Numbered from the stretch's first letter, positions 8,124-16,776 are shown. The stretch is DNA of 32,000 nt from Candidatus Brocadia sp. (GCA_021646415.1 SOEU01000011.1:73385-105384); one strand, 5' to 3'. Program-made: numbers and translations. Notes: generated from the sequence alone by a model not told the origin.

Positions 8124-8152
8124 TTGACAATAGAAATTACGTCTGCTACTAT
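8124..8152 (+). promoter_or_regulatory. Candidate sigma70-type promoter of the ACP-to-radical-SAM operon
   Basis: TTGACA (8124-8129), 17-nt spacer, TACTAT (8147-8152). A second TTATTGACAA copy lies 14 bp upstream (8107-8116). The 7-bp inverted repeat CAGACGT (8093-8099) / ACGTCTG (8139-8145) brackets both boxes. Confidence 0.4.
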
Positions 8153-8212
8153 GTTGCCCTGAGTTTTAGCAACGATGGTTGTTTTATTGTTTTGAGCAGT
8201 TTATTATGGAGG

Positions 8213-8491
8213 ATGACGATTTTGAACGCTGAAGAAATTGAAAAAGGTGTAACCGCGATAGTCGCTGAGGTTACAGAATTAGATGAAAAAGAAATTTGGG
8301 ATAAAAGAGATGCAAATTTCTTTAAAGACCTCGAGATTGATTCCCTTTTGGCCTTAGAAATTCTTGCGCTTATTGAGAAGAAATTCAAGGTGCAAATCCC
8401 CGAAGAAAAGCTTGTTGATATTACATCCCTAAGTGCCACCATTGATTTAACAAAATCTGTTTTGGCAGAAAGCGGAAAACTTTCATCTTAA
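8213..8491 (+). CDS. Acyl carrier protein (specialised, operon-encoded)
   Basis: DANFFKDLEIDSLLALEILALIEKKFKVQIPEEKL carries the DSL phosphopantetheine-attachment serine in the normal helix-II context. The start is uncertain: the ORF-track start 8192 is TTG, ATG 8213 abuts GGAGG (8208-8212), and TTG 8222 has better 9-nt spacing. Confidence 0.85.
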   Translation: MTILNAEEIEKGVTAIVAEVTELDEKEIWDKRDANFFKDLEIDSLLALEILALIEKKFKVQIPEEKLVDITSLSATIDLTKSVLAESGKLSS

Positions 8492-8570
8492 AGCTCCAAA
8501 TAACAGGGTGAGAATTGTATATTGTGTTAGGTAATATTATTCTGATTAACGAGACGATGGGCTACAGTAA

Positions 8571-9026
8571 ATGATGCTTTTTGAGGAAATCCGATCTCTT
8601 CTTCCTCAAAAATATCCTTTTTTATTTATAGATAAAGCTATTGAGTTTGAAGAAGGAAAAAGAATTGTTTGTGTAAAAAATGTCTCAGGTAATGAACCAG
8701 TCTTTGTCGGACATTTCCCTGACTTTGCCATTATGCCCGGGGTTTTAATCATCGAGGCAATGGCACAGGCTTCTATCGTCCTGTTCAAGAAGAGCCTTCC
8801 CCCAAAAAATGACAGGGATACGGTTTTTTTATTGGCATCAGTAAATAACGCTCGGTTTACAAAACCCGTCTTTCCTGGCGACCAACTCTTCATAGAAATC
8901 ATTGTAGAAAAAATTGTGTCTAAGGGAGCTATTGTTCAAGCTGCAGTAACGGCTGATGAAAAAGCGGTTGCTAAGGCAACGCTGACTTTTGGAATTGCAG
9001 ATAAAAGCGCATTAATATCGAGTTGA
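8571..9026 (+). CDS. fabZ: 3-hydroxyacyl-ACP dehydratase FabZ
   Basis: [17 protein letters not shown]...[26 protein letters not shown] has the hot-dog-fold FabZ signature, with the catalytic His (GHFP) and Glu (IIEAMAQ) present. Confidence 0.9.
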   Translation: MMLFEEIRSLLPQKYPFLFIDKAIEFEEGKRIVCVKNVSGNEPVFVGHFPDFAIMPGVLIIEAMAQASIVLFKKSLPPKNDRDTVFLLASVNNARFTKPVFPGDQLFIEIIVEKIVSKGAIVQAAVTADEKAVAKATLTFGIADKSALISS

Positions 9027-9039
9027 TAAAATTATATTT

Positions 9040-10266
9040 ATGAATAAACGTGTGGTTATAACAGGCGTAGGTATGATCACCCCTATCGGATCGGGAAAGG
9101 ACACATTCTGGAGTGCCCTAATTACTGGGGTATCTGGTGTTGATGATGTGACGTGTATTGACACTTCCGGATATAAGGTACATAAAGGATGCGAAGTAAA
9201 AAACTTCAAGTATTCCGATTATATAAAAAATGGCATCCTTAAAAAAATTGGTAAAGGTTCGCAATTTGCGATTGCGGCAACAAAGCTTGCTCTGGATGAT
9301 GCCAAGCTTAACATCCGTGCCGTTGACTTAGAAAGGCTTGGAGTTTCTGTTGGAACTACTGCGGGAGAAATACAAATCCTGGAAAAAGTCAATTATATAC
9401 GACACAAAGAGGGAGAAGATAAAGTAGACCCCGATTTGTTTCTCATGCATCCATGTAATAATATTCCTGCTAACATTGCCATTGAGTTTGGTTTCAAAGG
9501 TCCCAATACTATTATTCCCACAGCGTGCGCAGCGGGTAATTATGCAATTGGGTATGCTTATGATTTGATTAAGTTCGGACGGGTGGCTATGATGGTTGCT
9601 GGCGGTTCAGACCCTTTTTCGAAAGTTGCCTATACAGGATTTGCCAGATTGGGCGCCATCGCTCCAGAGATATGTCAACCATTTGACAAAAACAGAAAAG
9701 GCATGATGGTTGGTGAAGGCGCAGGCATGCTTCTCTTAGAATCACTTGATCATGCGATGGAGAGGAATGCAAATATTTATGCCGAAATCATTGGTTACGG
9801 CCTTAGCTGTGACGCCTATCATATAACTATCCCTCATCCCGATGGGGAAGGCGTTATCTCCGCTATGAAAAAAGCCTTAAAATGCGCAAATCTAAAACCA
9901 GAAGACGTCCAGTATGTCAGTGCCCATGGAACAGGAACTCCTGCTAATGACAAAGCCGAAACGATCTCTATTAAAAAGGTATTTGGGGATAAACCTGAGC
10001 ATCTCGCAATTAGTTCAATAAAATCAATGATTGGTCATACCATGGGTGCTGCCAGTGCAATAGAAGCCATTACCTGTGCATTGGTTGTCCAAAACGATAT
10101 CATTCCCCCGACGATTAATTATGAAACACCGGATCCTGAATGTGATCTGGATTATGTACCTAATGTAGCAAGAAAACAAAAGGTAAATATCGCACTGAAT
10201 AACGCTCATGCATTTGGTGGCAATAATAGCTGTTTAGTCGTTAAAAAATTTACAGGCAGAACGTGA
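9040..10266 (+). CDS. fabF: Beta-ketoacyl-ACP synthase II (FabF-type), catalytic triad intact
   Basis: [15 protein letters not shown]; active-site Cys in [11 protein letters not shown]; His in [14 protein letters not shown]; His in [13 protein letters not shown]; C-terminal [14 protein letters not shown]. Confidence 0.92.
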   Translation: MNKRVVITGVGMITPIGSGKDTFWSALITGVSGVDDVTCIDTSGYKVHKGCEVKNFKYSDYIKNGILKKIGKGSQFAIAATKLALDDAKLNIRAVDLERLGVSVGTTAGEIQILEKVNYIRHKEGEDKVDPDLFLMHPCNNIPANIAIEFGFKGPNTIIPTACAAGNYAIGYAYDLIKFGRVAMMVAGGSDPFSKVAYTGFARLGAIAPEICQPFDKNRKGMMVGEGAGMLLLESLDHAMERNANIYAEIIGYGLSCDAYHITIPHPDGEGVISAMKKALKCANLKPEDVQYVSAHGTGTPANDKAETISIKKVFGDKPEHLAISSIKSMIGHTMGAASAIEAITCALVVQNDIIPPTINYETPDPECDLDYVPNVARKQKVNIALNNAHAFGGNNSCLVVKKFTGRT

Positions 10267-10319
10267 AAAAACAAACAGTTCTCCGGAACTGAATTAGGCG
10301 CCTATAACAGAGGTTTGTA

Positions 10320-11561
10320 ATGGAAAAAACGAGGATAGTTGTTACCGGTGTTTCGGTTATTTCATCCATTGGAAGTAATAAGGAAGTTTTTTGGAATAAT
10401 TTAACCAATGGTGTATCAGGCATTAAACCCATTACCTTGTTTGATGTAAGTAAATTTCATAGTAAACAAGCCGGTGAGATTTCTGATTTTGACGCAAAGG
10501 TCTACCTTGGCCAAAAGGGAATCCGCCATATTGATAGGACATCCCTTCTTGTATCATCTGCGACGGTTCTTGCCATTAAGGATGCCAATTTAGAGAATAA
10601 TACCTACAGTGGTGATGAATTAGGTATTGTCGTTGGTTCTACGTATGGCAGTATTGATAGTATCAGTTCTTTCGATTTCCAGTCTTTGCGTGAAGGTCCT
10701 AATTATGTGAATCCCATGGATTTTCCTAATACCGTGCTGAATGCACCAGCAAGCCGTGCCTCTATTTTTTGTAAGGCAACAGGGCTGAATACAACCATTT
10801 CAAATGGTGTAACAAGCAGCATCGATGCGATTATTTATGCCTCTGATTTCCTTCGGATGGGTCGGGTAAAGGCTGTAGTTGCCGGAGGCGTGCATGGATT
10901 AACTCATGACATCTTTTGGGGAGCACATAATTCTAAAATATTATCGGGAAGTAAGGATGGGACTCAGGAAATTTGTGCACCCTTTGACAAAAGACGCAAT
11001 GGGATGGTCATTGGTGAAGCATCGGCATTAGTCATCCTCGAAACCTTAGAAGATGCGCTCCGGAGAAATGCACATATTTATGCAGAAATCAAGGGTTACG
11101 GAACCGCATTTGACCCTGAAATGGCTGTTAGCAGGGATTATCAGATAGACGGCAACAAAAGGGCTATCATGGGTGCCATTCATGATGCCAGTCTGACGTT
11201 GAATGATATTTCTTACATATCTGCCAATGCTTATTCTGGTGTTTATGGCGATGCAATGGAAACCAGAGTTATTAAAGAAGTCTTCGGCATGAGAGCAAAT
11301 CTTATTCCTGTTACCGCAATAAAATCTATGACAGGTGAATGTTATGATGCCTCGGGAGCATTGCAGACAATAGCCGCAGCAATGTCCATGAACACACACA
11401 CAGTTCCACCGACAATTAACCTTAAGGAACGTGACCCTGAGTGTGATTTAGATTATGTTGCCAATATCGCCAGGGTCTTACCAGTCAAAAATGTCCTAAT
11501 CAACACCTTTTCACGATTGGGAAATAATTCGGCCTTAATTATCTCCAAATACAAGCAGTAA
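10320..11561 (+). CDS. Ketosynthase paralog lacking the Cys-His-His triad (chain-length-factor/KS-beta-like)
   Basis: Full-length thiolase-fold KS similarity to the upstream FabF (TRIVVTGVSVISSIG..., [34 protein letters not shown]). In ungapped local alignment [11 protein letters not shown] aligns with SNGVTSSIDAI (Cys to Val), SAHGTGTP with SANAYSGV (His to Asn) and [11 protein letters not shown] with KSMTGECYDAS (His to Glu). Confidence 0.85.
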   Translation: MEKTRIVVTGVSVISSIGSNKEVFWNNLTNGVSGIKPITLFDVSKFHSKQAGEISDFDAKVYLGQKGIRHIDRTSLLVSSATVLAIKDANLENNTYSGDELGIVVGSTYGSIDSISSFDFQSLREGPNYVNPMDFPNTVLNAPASRASIFCKATGLNTTISNGVTSSIDAIIYASDFLRMGRVKAVVAGGVHGLTHDIFWGAHNSKILSGSKDGTQEICAPFDKRRNGMVIGEASALVILETLEDALRRNAHIYAEIKGYGTAFDPEMAVSRDYQIDGNKRAIMGAIHDASLTLNDISYISANAYSGVYGDAMETRVIKEVFGMRANLIPVTAIKSMTGECYDASGALQTIAAAMSMNTHTVPPTINLKERDPECDLDYVANIARVLPVKNVLINTFSRLGNNSALIISKYKQ

Positions 11562-11564
11562 TTC

Positions 11565-13025
11565 ATGATATCTTCCAACCGGTGCATTCAATCCACTAAA
11601 AAGGATAGTCTTTATCCTTCTTATGATGCAATTGTGATTGGTGCAGGTATTGCTGGTCTGGTTTGCGGTGCATTCCTCGCCAGGATCGGGAAAAAGGTAC
11701 TCATTGTGGAGCAGCATTCCATCCCTGGCGGTTATTGCACTTCATTTAAAAGGAAAGGTTTCAATTTCGATGCGGCAGTTCACCATATTGGGGGTTGTGG
11801 AAAATGGGGTATTGTAGGGCGTTGCCTTAAAATTCTGGAGATAGAGCTGGATTTTTATCCTCTCGATCCAATGGACCATTTGATTTTCCCCAACCTTACC
11901 ATAGAAATTCCAGCCGATTTGGACGAATATATCATACGTTTACAGGGTCGCTACCCATCGGAAAAGGATAGCGTCAAGCATTTCTTTCAGGATTTTTTAA
12001 AGCTCTATCGCGCTACATTCAATAATGAGAAAAGCCAAATTATAGATAAATATAAAAATCAGACGTATATTGAAATGTTGAATGCTTTTTTGAAAAATGA
12101 CGAGCTCAAGATGATACTTTCTGGTCAATGGGGTTATATAGGGCTCCCCCCTACCCAAGCTTCTGCTATAGGCATGTGCCAGATGATGATCAATTATCTC
12201 AAAGACGGCGCCTTTTTTCCTGCGGGTGGTACGCAAGAGTTTGCTAATGCAATTTTTAAGAAATTTATTGATTTTGGTGGGCATATTATGCTATCATCCA
12301 AAGCCGAAAAAATTTTATGTACCGGCAAAACCGCCGTTGGTGTAAAATTGCAGGAAGGGAAAGAGATATCCTCGGACGTTGTTGTTTCAAACATTGATGC
12401 CCGGCAGACCTTTTTCGGATTATTAGAAGGTAAATCAGATACACCATTCCTTCAAAGAATTAGAGAAATGAAGGAAAGTTGTTCCTTTTGCCTTTTATAC
12501 TTGGGAGTAGGTGAAGGCATAGATTTAAGTGAATTAAAAAGAGGATTTTATCATACTGCCACAGATGCAAGATATGTAAATGACGAGTGGATGTATGTGT
12601 CGGTTCCAACGAAGATAAGCCCTGCACTTGCCCCGCCAAACAAGCAGATAATCTCTGCGGTTGTTTACATGGAGAAAGAAAAATATAATGATATTACTGA
12701 TTGGAAATCTTTTAAAGAAAGTATGATATCAGGTACAATAAATCGACTGGAAGAATACGTCCCTGATATAAAAAAACATATCGAAGTAAAAGATGCGGCT
12801 ACCCCGAAAACTCTGGAGCGGTACACGTTAAATACCAATGGAGCCGCTTACGGCTGGGAGGTCAGTGTGGATCAAATATGGGATAATAGACTTCCCCATC
12901 AGACGCCGATTGATAATCTGTATTTGACTGGTCATTGGACAAGGCCTGGTCCTGGAATTTGTGCTGTTGTTTCTTCTGGATGGGGTGTAGCAAATTTAAT
13001 TATGGAGAAGGAGAATTGGAGGTAA
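11565..13025 (+). CDS. Phytoene-desaturase-family (CrtI-like) FAD-dependent oxidoreductase
   Basis: N-terminal dinucleotide-binding fold YDAIVIGAGIAGLVCGAFLARIGKKVLIVEQHSIPGGYCTSF. About 486 aa, with the C-terminal LYLTGHWTRPGPGI motif typical of CrtI/amine-oxidase-fold enzymes. It starts 3 nt after the KS-like stop. Confidence 0.85.
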   Translation: MISSNRCIQSTKKDSLYPSYDAIVIGAGIAGLVCGAFLARIGKKVLIVEQHSIPGGYCTSFKRKGFNFDAAVHHIGGCGKWGIVGRCLKILEIELDFYPLDPMDHLIFPNLTIEIPADLDEYIIRLQGRYPSEKDSVKHFFQDFLKLYRATFNNEKSQIIDKYKNQTYIEMLNAFLKNDELKMILSGQWGYIGLPPTQASAIGMCQMMINYLKDGAFFPAGGTQEFANAIFKKFIDFGGHIMLSSKAEKILCTGKTAVGVKLQEGKEISSDVVVSNIDARQTFFGLLEGKSDTPFLQRIREMKESCSFCLLYLGVGEGIDLSELKRGFYHTATDARYVNDEWMYVSVPTKISPALAPPNKQIISAVVYMEKEKYNDITDWKSFKESMISGTINRLEEYVPDIKKHIEVKDAATPKTLERYTLNTNGAAYGWEVSVDQIWDNRLPHQTPIDNLYLTGHWTRPGPGICAVVSSGWGVANLIMEKENWR

Positions 13026-13029
13026 ATTT

Positions 13030-14490
13030 ATGAAAAGAAAAATGATGTTGATTAACCCACACAAGCCGGGTAGGCATGGCGAAGAGAGTATTACCGTAAT
13101 CGTCCAGATGCCTTTGAATCTTGCTTATGTTGCCGCCCTTACGCCAGGCGATTGGGAATTTGACGTTATTGACGAAAATCTCGAATTGGCAATAGATGAT
13201 AACGGTGAAATTACCTTTAAACCCGTAGATCTTGTGTGTATAACAGCAGTTACCTATCAATCTCCCAGGGCCTACACGATTGCTACTGCCTGTAGGAAAA
13301 AGGGTATGACCGTAATCATGGGTGGAATACATGCGTCTGTAATGCCTGAGGAAGCCATAAAGTACGTCGATGCTGTTTTTGTGGGTGAGGCAGAGGAAGT
13401 ATGGCCACAGGTAATCAAAGATTTTGAAGACGGAAAGCTCAAGAAGATTTATCAGGGAGGATTGCCTCCCCTCAGCCTGATGAAAAAGGTATATCCTAAT
13501 CGGGAGCTCATGAAGAAAAAATATGACTATAAATTTTCTTCCATTGTCACAACGAAGGGATGCCCGAACTATTGCGATTTCTGCAGCGTCCCCACATTCC
13601 AGGGAAGAAAATTCAGGGAGAGACCTTATGAAGATGTTCTCGCAGAGATGGCCGCAACAGATTATAAGGGTTTGATGCTGGCAGAGGATAATTTTTACGG
13701 TCATGGGAAAAAGTCAAACGAGAGGGCACGGGATCTTTTTAAGGGCATGGTGGAGCGCGGCATCCACAAAGATTGGCTAGGATTTACTGCTTTAAATATT
13801 TCTCAGGATCCTGAGACATTAAATTATATGGCAAAGAGTGGCTGCTTTGGTATGCTTATCGGTATCGAATCTACCAATGAGGCCGTTTTACAGAAGATGA
13901 ATAAGCGGGTAAACCTTAAGCTGGGTACAGATAGTTACTTTGATTGTATCCAAAAGATACACGATGCCGGCCTGGTTGTTTGGGGATCAGTAGTGTTTGG
14001 AGCCGATGGAGATGATAAAGACTCCTTTAAAAGAATGACTGAGTTCATATTGGAAAATAATATTGATATTCTTACCTTTGGTATTAACTGCCCATTCCCC
14101 AAGACTCAACTTTATGCCAGACTGGATTCAGAAAAGAGGATCTTCAGGAAAAATTATCCAGAAGATTGGCAATACTATGATACTGCTCATGTGGTTCATC
14201 GTTTCGTAGACATGACGTTAGAAGGCTTTATCGAAGGTATGCAATATGTTTATGATCATGTTTACGCAGGTGATAACCTAAGAACACGTTTCAGAAATTC
14301 TATTAAGACAACGAAAAATCCGAGAAATTCCATGTTTGCATTCAGGGTAGGTTCTGACTGGAAACAGGTCTTTGAACAGGTCTTGCAGAATTTAAAAGAG
14401 TTGTATGACTCAGGTGATTATTATAAAGATTATTACAAATCAAGTGCGGTACCTGTTTCAAAACCCATAATGGAAGCAGTTACTACATAA
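13030..14490 (+). CDS. B12-binding-domain radical SAM enzyme (class B)
   Basis: N-terminal Rossmann-like cobalamin-domain pattern (LNLAYVAALTP...VCITAVTYQSPRAYTIATACRKKGMTVIMGGIHAS...VFVGEAE). Radical SAM cluster motif TKGCPNYCDFCSV (CxxxCxxC). GGAGG RBS 7 nt upstream. It starts 4 nt after the oxidoreductase stop. Confidence 0.9.
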   Translation: MKRKMMLINPHKPGRHGEESITVIVQMPLNLAYVAALTPGDWEFDVIDENLELAIDDNGEITFKPVDLVCITAVTYQSPRAYTIATACRKKGMTVIMGGIHASVMPEEAIKYVDAVFVGEAEEVWPQVIKDFEDGKLKKIYQGGLPPLSLMKKVYPNRELMKKKYDYKFSSIVTTKGCPNYCDFCSVPTFQGRKFRERPYEDVLAEMAATDYKGLMLAEDNFYGHGKKSNERARDLFKGMVERGIHKDWLGFTALNISQDPETLNYMAKSGCFGMLIGIESTNEAVLQKMNKRVNLKLGTDSYFDCIQKIHDAGLVVWGSVVFGADGDDKDSFKRMTEFILENNIDILTFGINCPFPKTQLYARLDSEKRIFRKNYPEDWQYYDTAHVVHRFVDMTLEGFIEGMQYVYDHVYAGDNLRTRFRNSIKTTKNPRNSMFAFRVGSDWKQVFEQVLQNLKELYDSGDYYKDYYKSSAVPVSKPIMEAVTT

Positions 14491-14526
14491 TACAAACAAA
14501 TTATGTATTCCTGAATAAGAAGTTTA

Positions 14527-14572
14527 CAAAGGCACATCAATTTTTATGCATTTGATGTGCCTTTGTGTTATG
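14527..14572 (+). terminator. Intrinsic terminator closing the six-gene operon
   Basis: Perfect 14-bp stem CAAAGGCACATCAA (14527-14540) / TTGATGTGCCTTTG (14552-14565), an 11-nt loop, followed by a T-containing tail TGTGTTATGG. Confidence 0.7.
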
Positions 14573-14597
14573 GATTTTATGTTCGGTGGGGAATTGA

Positions 14598-15023
14598 GTG
14601 AAAGATATTCTGGACCGAATTAAAAATTTTGTCAAACGAGTAGAACTCTTTTATGTGGCAACTTCTAATCAAAAGGGAGAGGTACATCTTGCTGTAGCGA
14701 AGGATTTGATTTTTTTACCTGATACGGAACACATAGCTTTTAAGGCGTGGTTTTGCAAAAAAACGATTGAAAATATTCAAAAAAACCCGAATATATCCAT
14801 TGCCATTTATGATGCAAAGTCTGATACGGGTTACCAAATTATTGGTAAGGCAATTTCAAAGAGTGTCGTTGCTGTTTTGAATGGTTACGCACCTGAGTTA
14901 GAAATGGTTGAAAAAGAATATCCGCAAGAAGAGTATCAACTAAAGATAAAGATAATAAATATTATGGAACTACATAGAGTAACACATTCTGATAAGTATC
15001 TTTTAAGTAATGGATCTTTATAG
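14598..15023 (+). CDS. Pyridoxamine-5'-phosphate-oxidase-like (split-barrel flavin-binding) small protein
   Basis: GTG start. VELFYVATSNQKGEVHLAVA...IAFKAWFCKKTIENIQKNPNISIAIYD...GYQIIGKA resembles the PNPOx/general-stress-26 fold pattern. The family assignment is tentative. Confidence 0.5.
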   Translation: MKDILDRIKNFVKRVELFYVATSNQKGEVHLAVAKDLIFLPDTEHIAFKAWFCKKTIENIQKNPNISIAIYDAKSDTGYQIIGKAISKSVVAVLNGYAPELEMVEKEYPQEEYQLKIKIINIMELHRVTHSDKYLLSNGSL

Positions 15024-15213
15024 GAATTTGAAAAAGAGTGATACTTATTGATCCATTTACAGAAATCGTTACAGTCTGTCATCATGGCAGAAGGGAAGCT
15101 GGATATTATAGCTTTGATGAAGAGTTTGAGTTGGTTGCTGGAGTTTCAATAAAATTAAAGGAACTATATTAAATTTGCATAACAAAATTTAGCTCAAAAA
15201 GGAGGTAAAAGTC

Positions 15214-15342
15214 ATGATAGGTAAATTATTATCTCTGTCTATGGAAAAATCAGTTATCCCGGATATTAGCCCAAAAGCGATTATGGTTATCGCCATCGCA
15301 CTTATATTCGTTATTCTATTTACCTGGAAAAAGGAGGGGTAA
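15214..15342 (+). CDS. Micro-ORF (42 aa) for a single-pass membrane peptide, translationally coupled to lpdA
   Basis: AAGGAGG (15199-15205) lies 8 nt before the ATG at 15214. Product is MIGKLLSLSMEKSVIPDISPKAIMVIAIALIFVILFTWKKEG, with one clear TM helix. Its TAA (15340-15342) directly abuts the lpdA TTG start (15343), and its last codons form the lpdA RBS (AAGGAGGGG). Absent from the ORF track (<60 aa). Confidence 0.4.
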   Translation: MIGKLLSLSMEKSVIPDISPKAIMVIAIALIFVILFTWKKEG

Positions 15343-16776
15343 TTGCCTGAAGGAAACTCTACCTTTGATCTTACAATCATTGGTGGCGGGCCAGGTGGTT
15401 ATGTAGCGGCTATAAAAGCTGCTCAGCTAGGAATAAAAACCGCTCTCGTCGAAAGGGATAAGGTTGGTGGTACGTGTTTACATAAGGGTTGCATTCCAAC
15501 AAAGGTACTCCTCCATTCCGCGGACCTTTACATGCAATTTCTCAAGGCAAATGAATTCGGGATCGTCGTTGATAAAATAGGAATTAATTATCCACAATTT
15601 CATCGGCGAAAGGAAGCAGTTGTTAAACGACTATTTCAAGGGACGCAATTTCTCCTCAAAAAAAATGGTGTAGAAGTTTTTTCTGGTGAAGGACAGCTCA
15701 CATCATCAAACAACGTCTTAATCAAAAAAAATGGAACGGACGTTGGTAAAATAACTACAAAAAATGTTATCGTAGCTACGGGGTCGGTTCCGCTCATTCC
15801 GGTTAATATCCCATGCGACGGAAAATACGTGCTTACCAGTGATGATGTTTTACTATGGGAAGAAATCCCGAAATCTATTATCATTGCAGGTGGCGGTGCT
15901 GTCGGAGTGGAATTCGCCCACCTTTTTAATAGCCTTGGAACTAAGGTAACCATTATAGAACTCCTGGATGATATCCTTCCTGCCGAAGATAAGGAAATTA
16001 GTACCACTTTAAGAAAAATTTTCAATAAGAGAGGCATCGATGTCCTGACAAATACCTCTTTAGAAACAGTCATAATCGATAATGGCGTTCGTGTAAAAAT
16101 AAGCAGAAAAAACAATACATCTCCCCCCCCTGCGAAAACTGAAAATAAAGAATTTATAAAAGCGGATCGTTTACTCCTCTCATTGGGCAGAATGCCTGCC
16201 TTTGCAGATATTGGGATAGAAAAATTGTCATTACATTTTAAAGGAAAATATCTGCAAACCAATGAGGTTATGGAAACCAATCTAAGCGGACTCTTTGCTA
16301 TTGGAGACATTAAAGGCCCCCCCCTTCTTGCCCACAAGGCTTCGCACGAAGGGGTACTGGCTGTTTCTCACATCGCTGGCAAAGAAACCACCCCGATAAA
16401 TTATCAGAATATACCGAGAGTGACGTACTGCCTTCCACAGGTAGCAAGTATAGGACTCACACAAGAAGAGGCAGAAAAAAGAGAATACAAAATAAGAGTA
16501 GGAAAATTTCCACTCATTGCTAACAGTAAAGCCATTATTGACGGTGAATATGAAGATGGATTTGTAAAAATCGTTTCTGATGAAAAATACGGTGAGATAT
16601 TAGGAATGCATGCCATAGGACCAAACGTGGGTGAATTGATGTGGGGTATGTCACTTGCAACTATTCTGGAAGGGACGGCCATTGAGTTAAGGAATACTAT
16701 ATTTCCCCACCCCACTCTCTCCGAGGCCATTTCAGAAGCTGCCCATGCAGTTGTTGATAAACCAATACATTTATAA
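15343..16776 (+). CDS. lpdA: Dihydrolipoyl dehydrogenase (E3)
   Basis: FDLTIIGGGPGGYVAAIKAAQLG; redox-active disulfide GGTCLHKGCIPTK; second NAD-binding GGGAVGVEFA; C-terminal HPTLSEA interface motif. TTG start. Confidence 0.92.
   Translation: MPEGNSTFDLTIIGGGPGGYVAAIKAAQLGIKTALVERDKVGGTCLHKGCIPTKVLLHSADLYMQFLKANEFGIVVDKIGINYPQFHRRKEAVVKRLFQGTQFLLKKNGVEVFSGEGQLTSSNNVLIKKNGTDVGKITTKNVIVATGSVPLIPVNIPCDGKYVLTSDDVLLWEEIPKSIIIAGGGAVGVEFAHLFNSLGTKVTIIELLDDILPAEDKEISTTLRKIFNKRGIDVLTNTSLETVIIDNGVRVKISRKNNTSPPPAKTENKEFIKADRLLLSLGRMPAFADIGIEKLSLHFKGKYLQTNEVMETNLSGLFAIGDIKGPPLLAHKASHEGVLAVSHIAGKETTPINYQNIPRVTYCLPQVASIGLTQEEAEKREYKIRVGKFPLIANSKAIIDGEYEDGFVKIVSDEKYGEILGMHAIGPNVGELMWGMSLATILEGTAIELRNTIFPHPTLSEAISEAAHAVVDKPIHL

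Noticed and set aside
13000-13704. 234-aa minus-strand ORF
   Set aside because: It is fully antisense to the well-supported radical SAM gene and has no motifs. The same reasoning applies to 15636-16337 (antisense to lpdA), 24853-25671 and 24788-25147 (antisense to hsdR), 28606-29079 and 29488-29997 (antisense to hsdM) and 4789-5061 (antisense to the aldolase).
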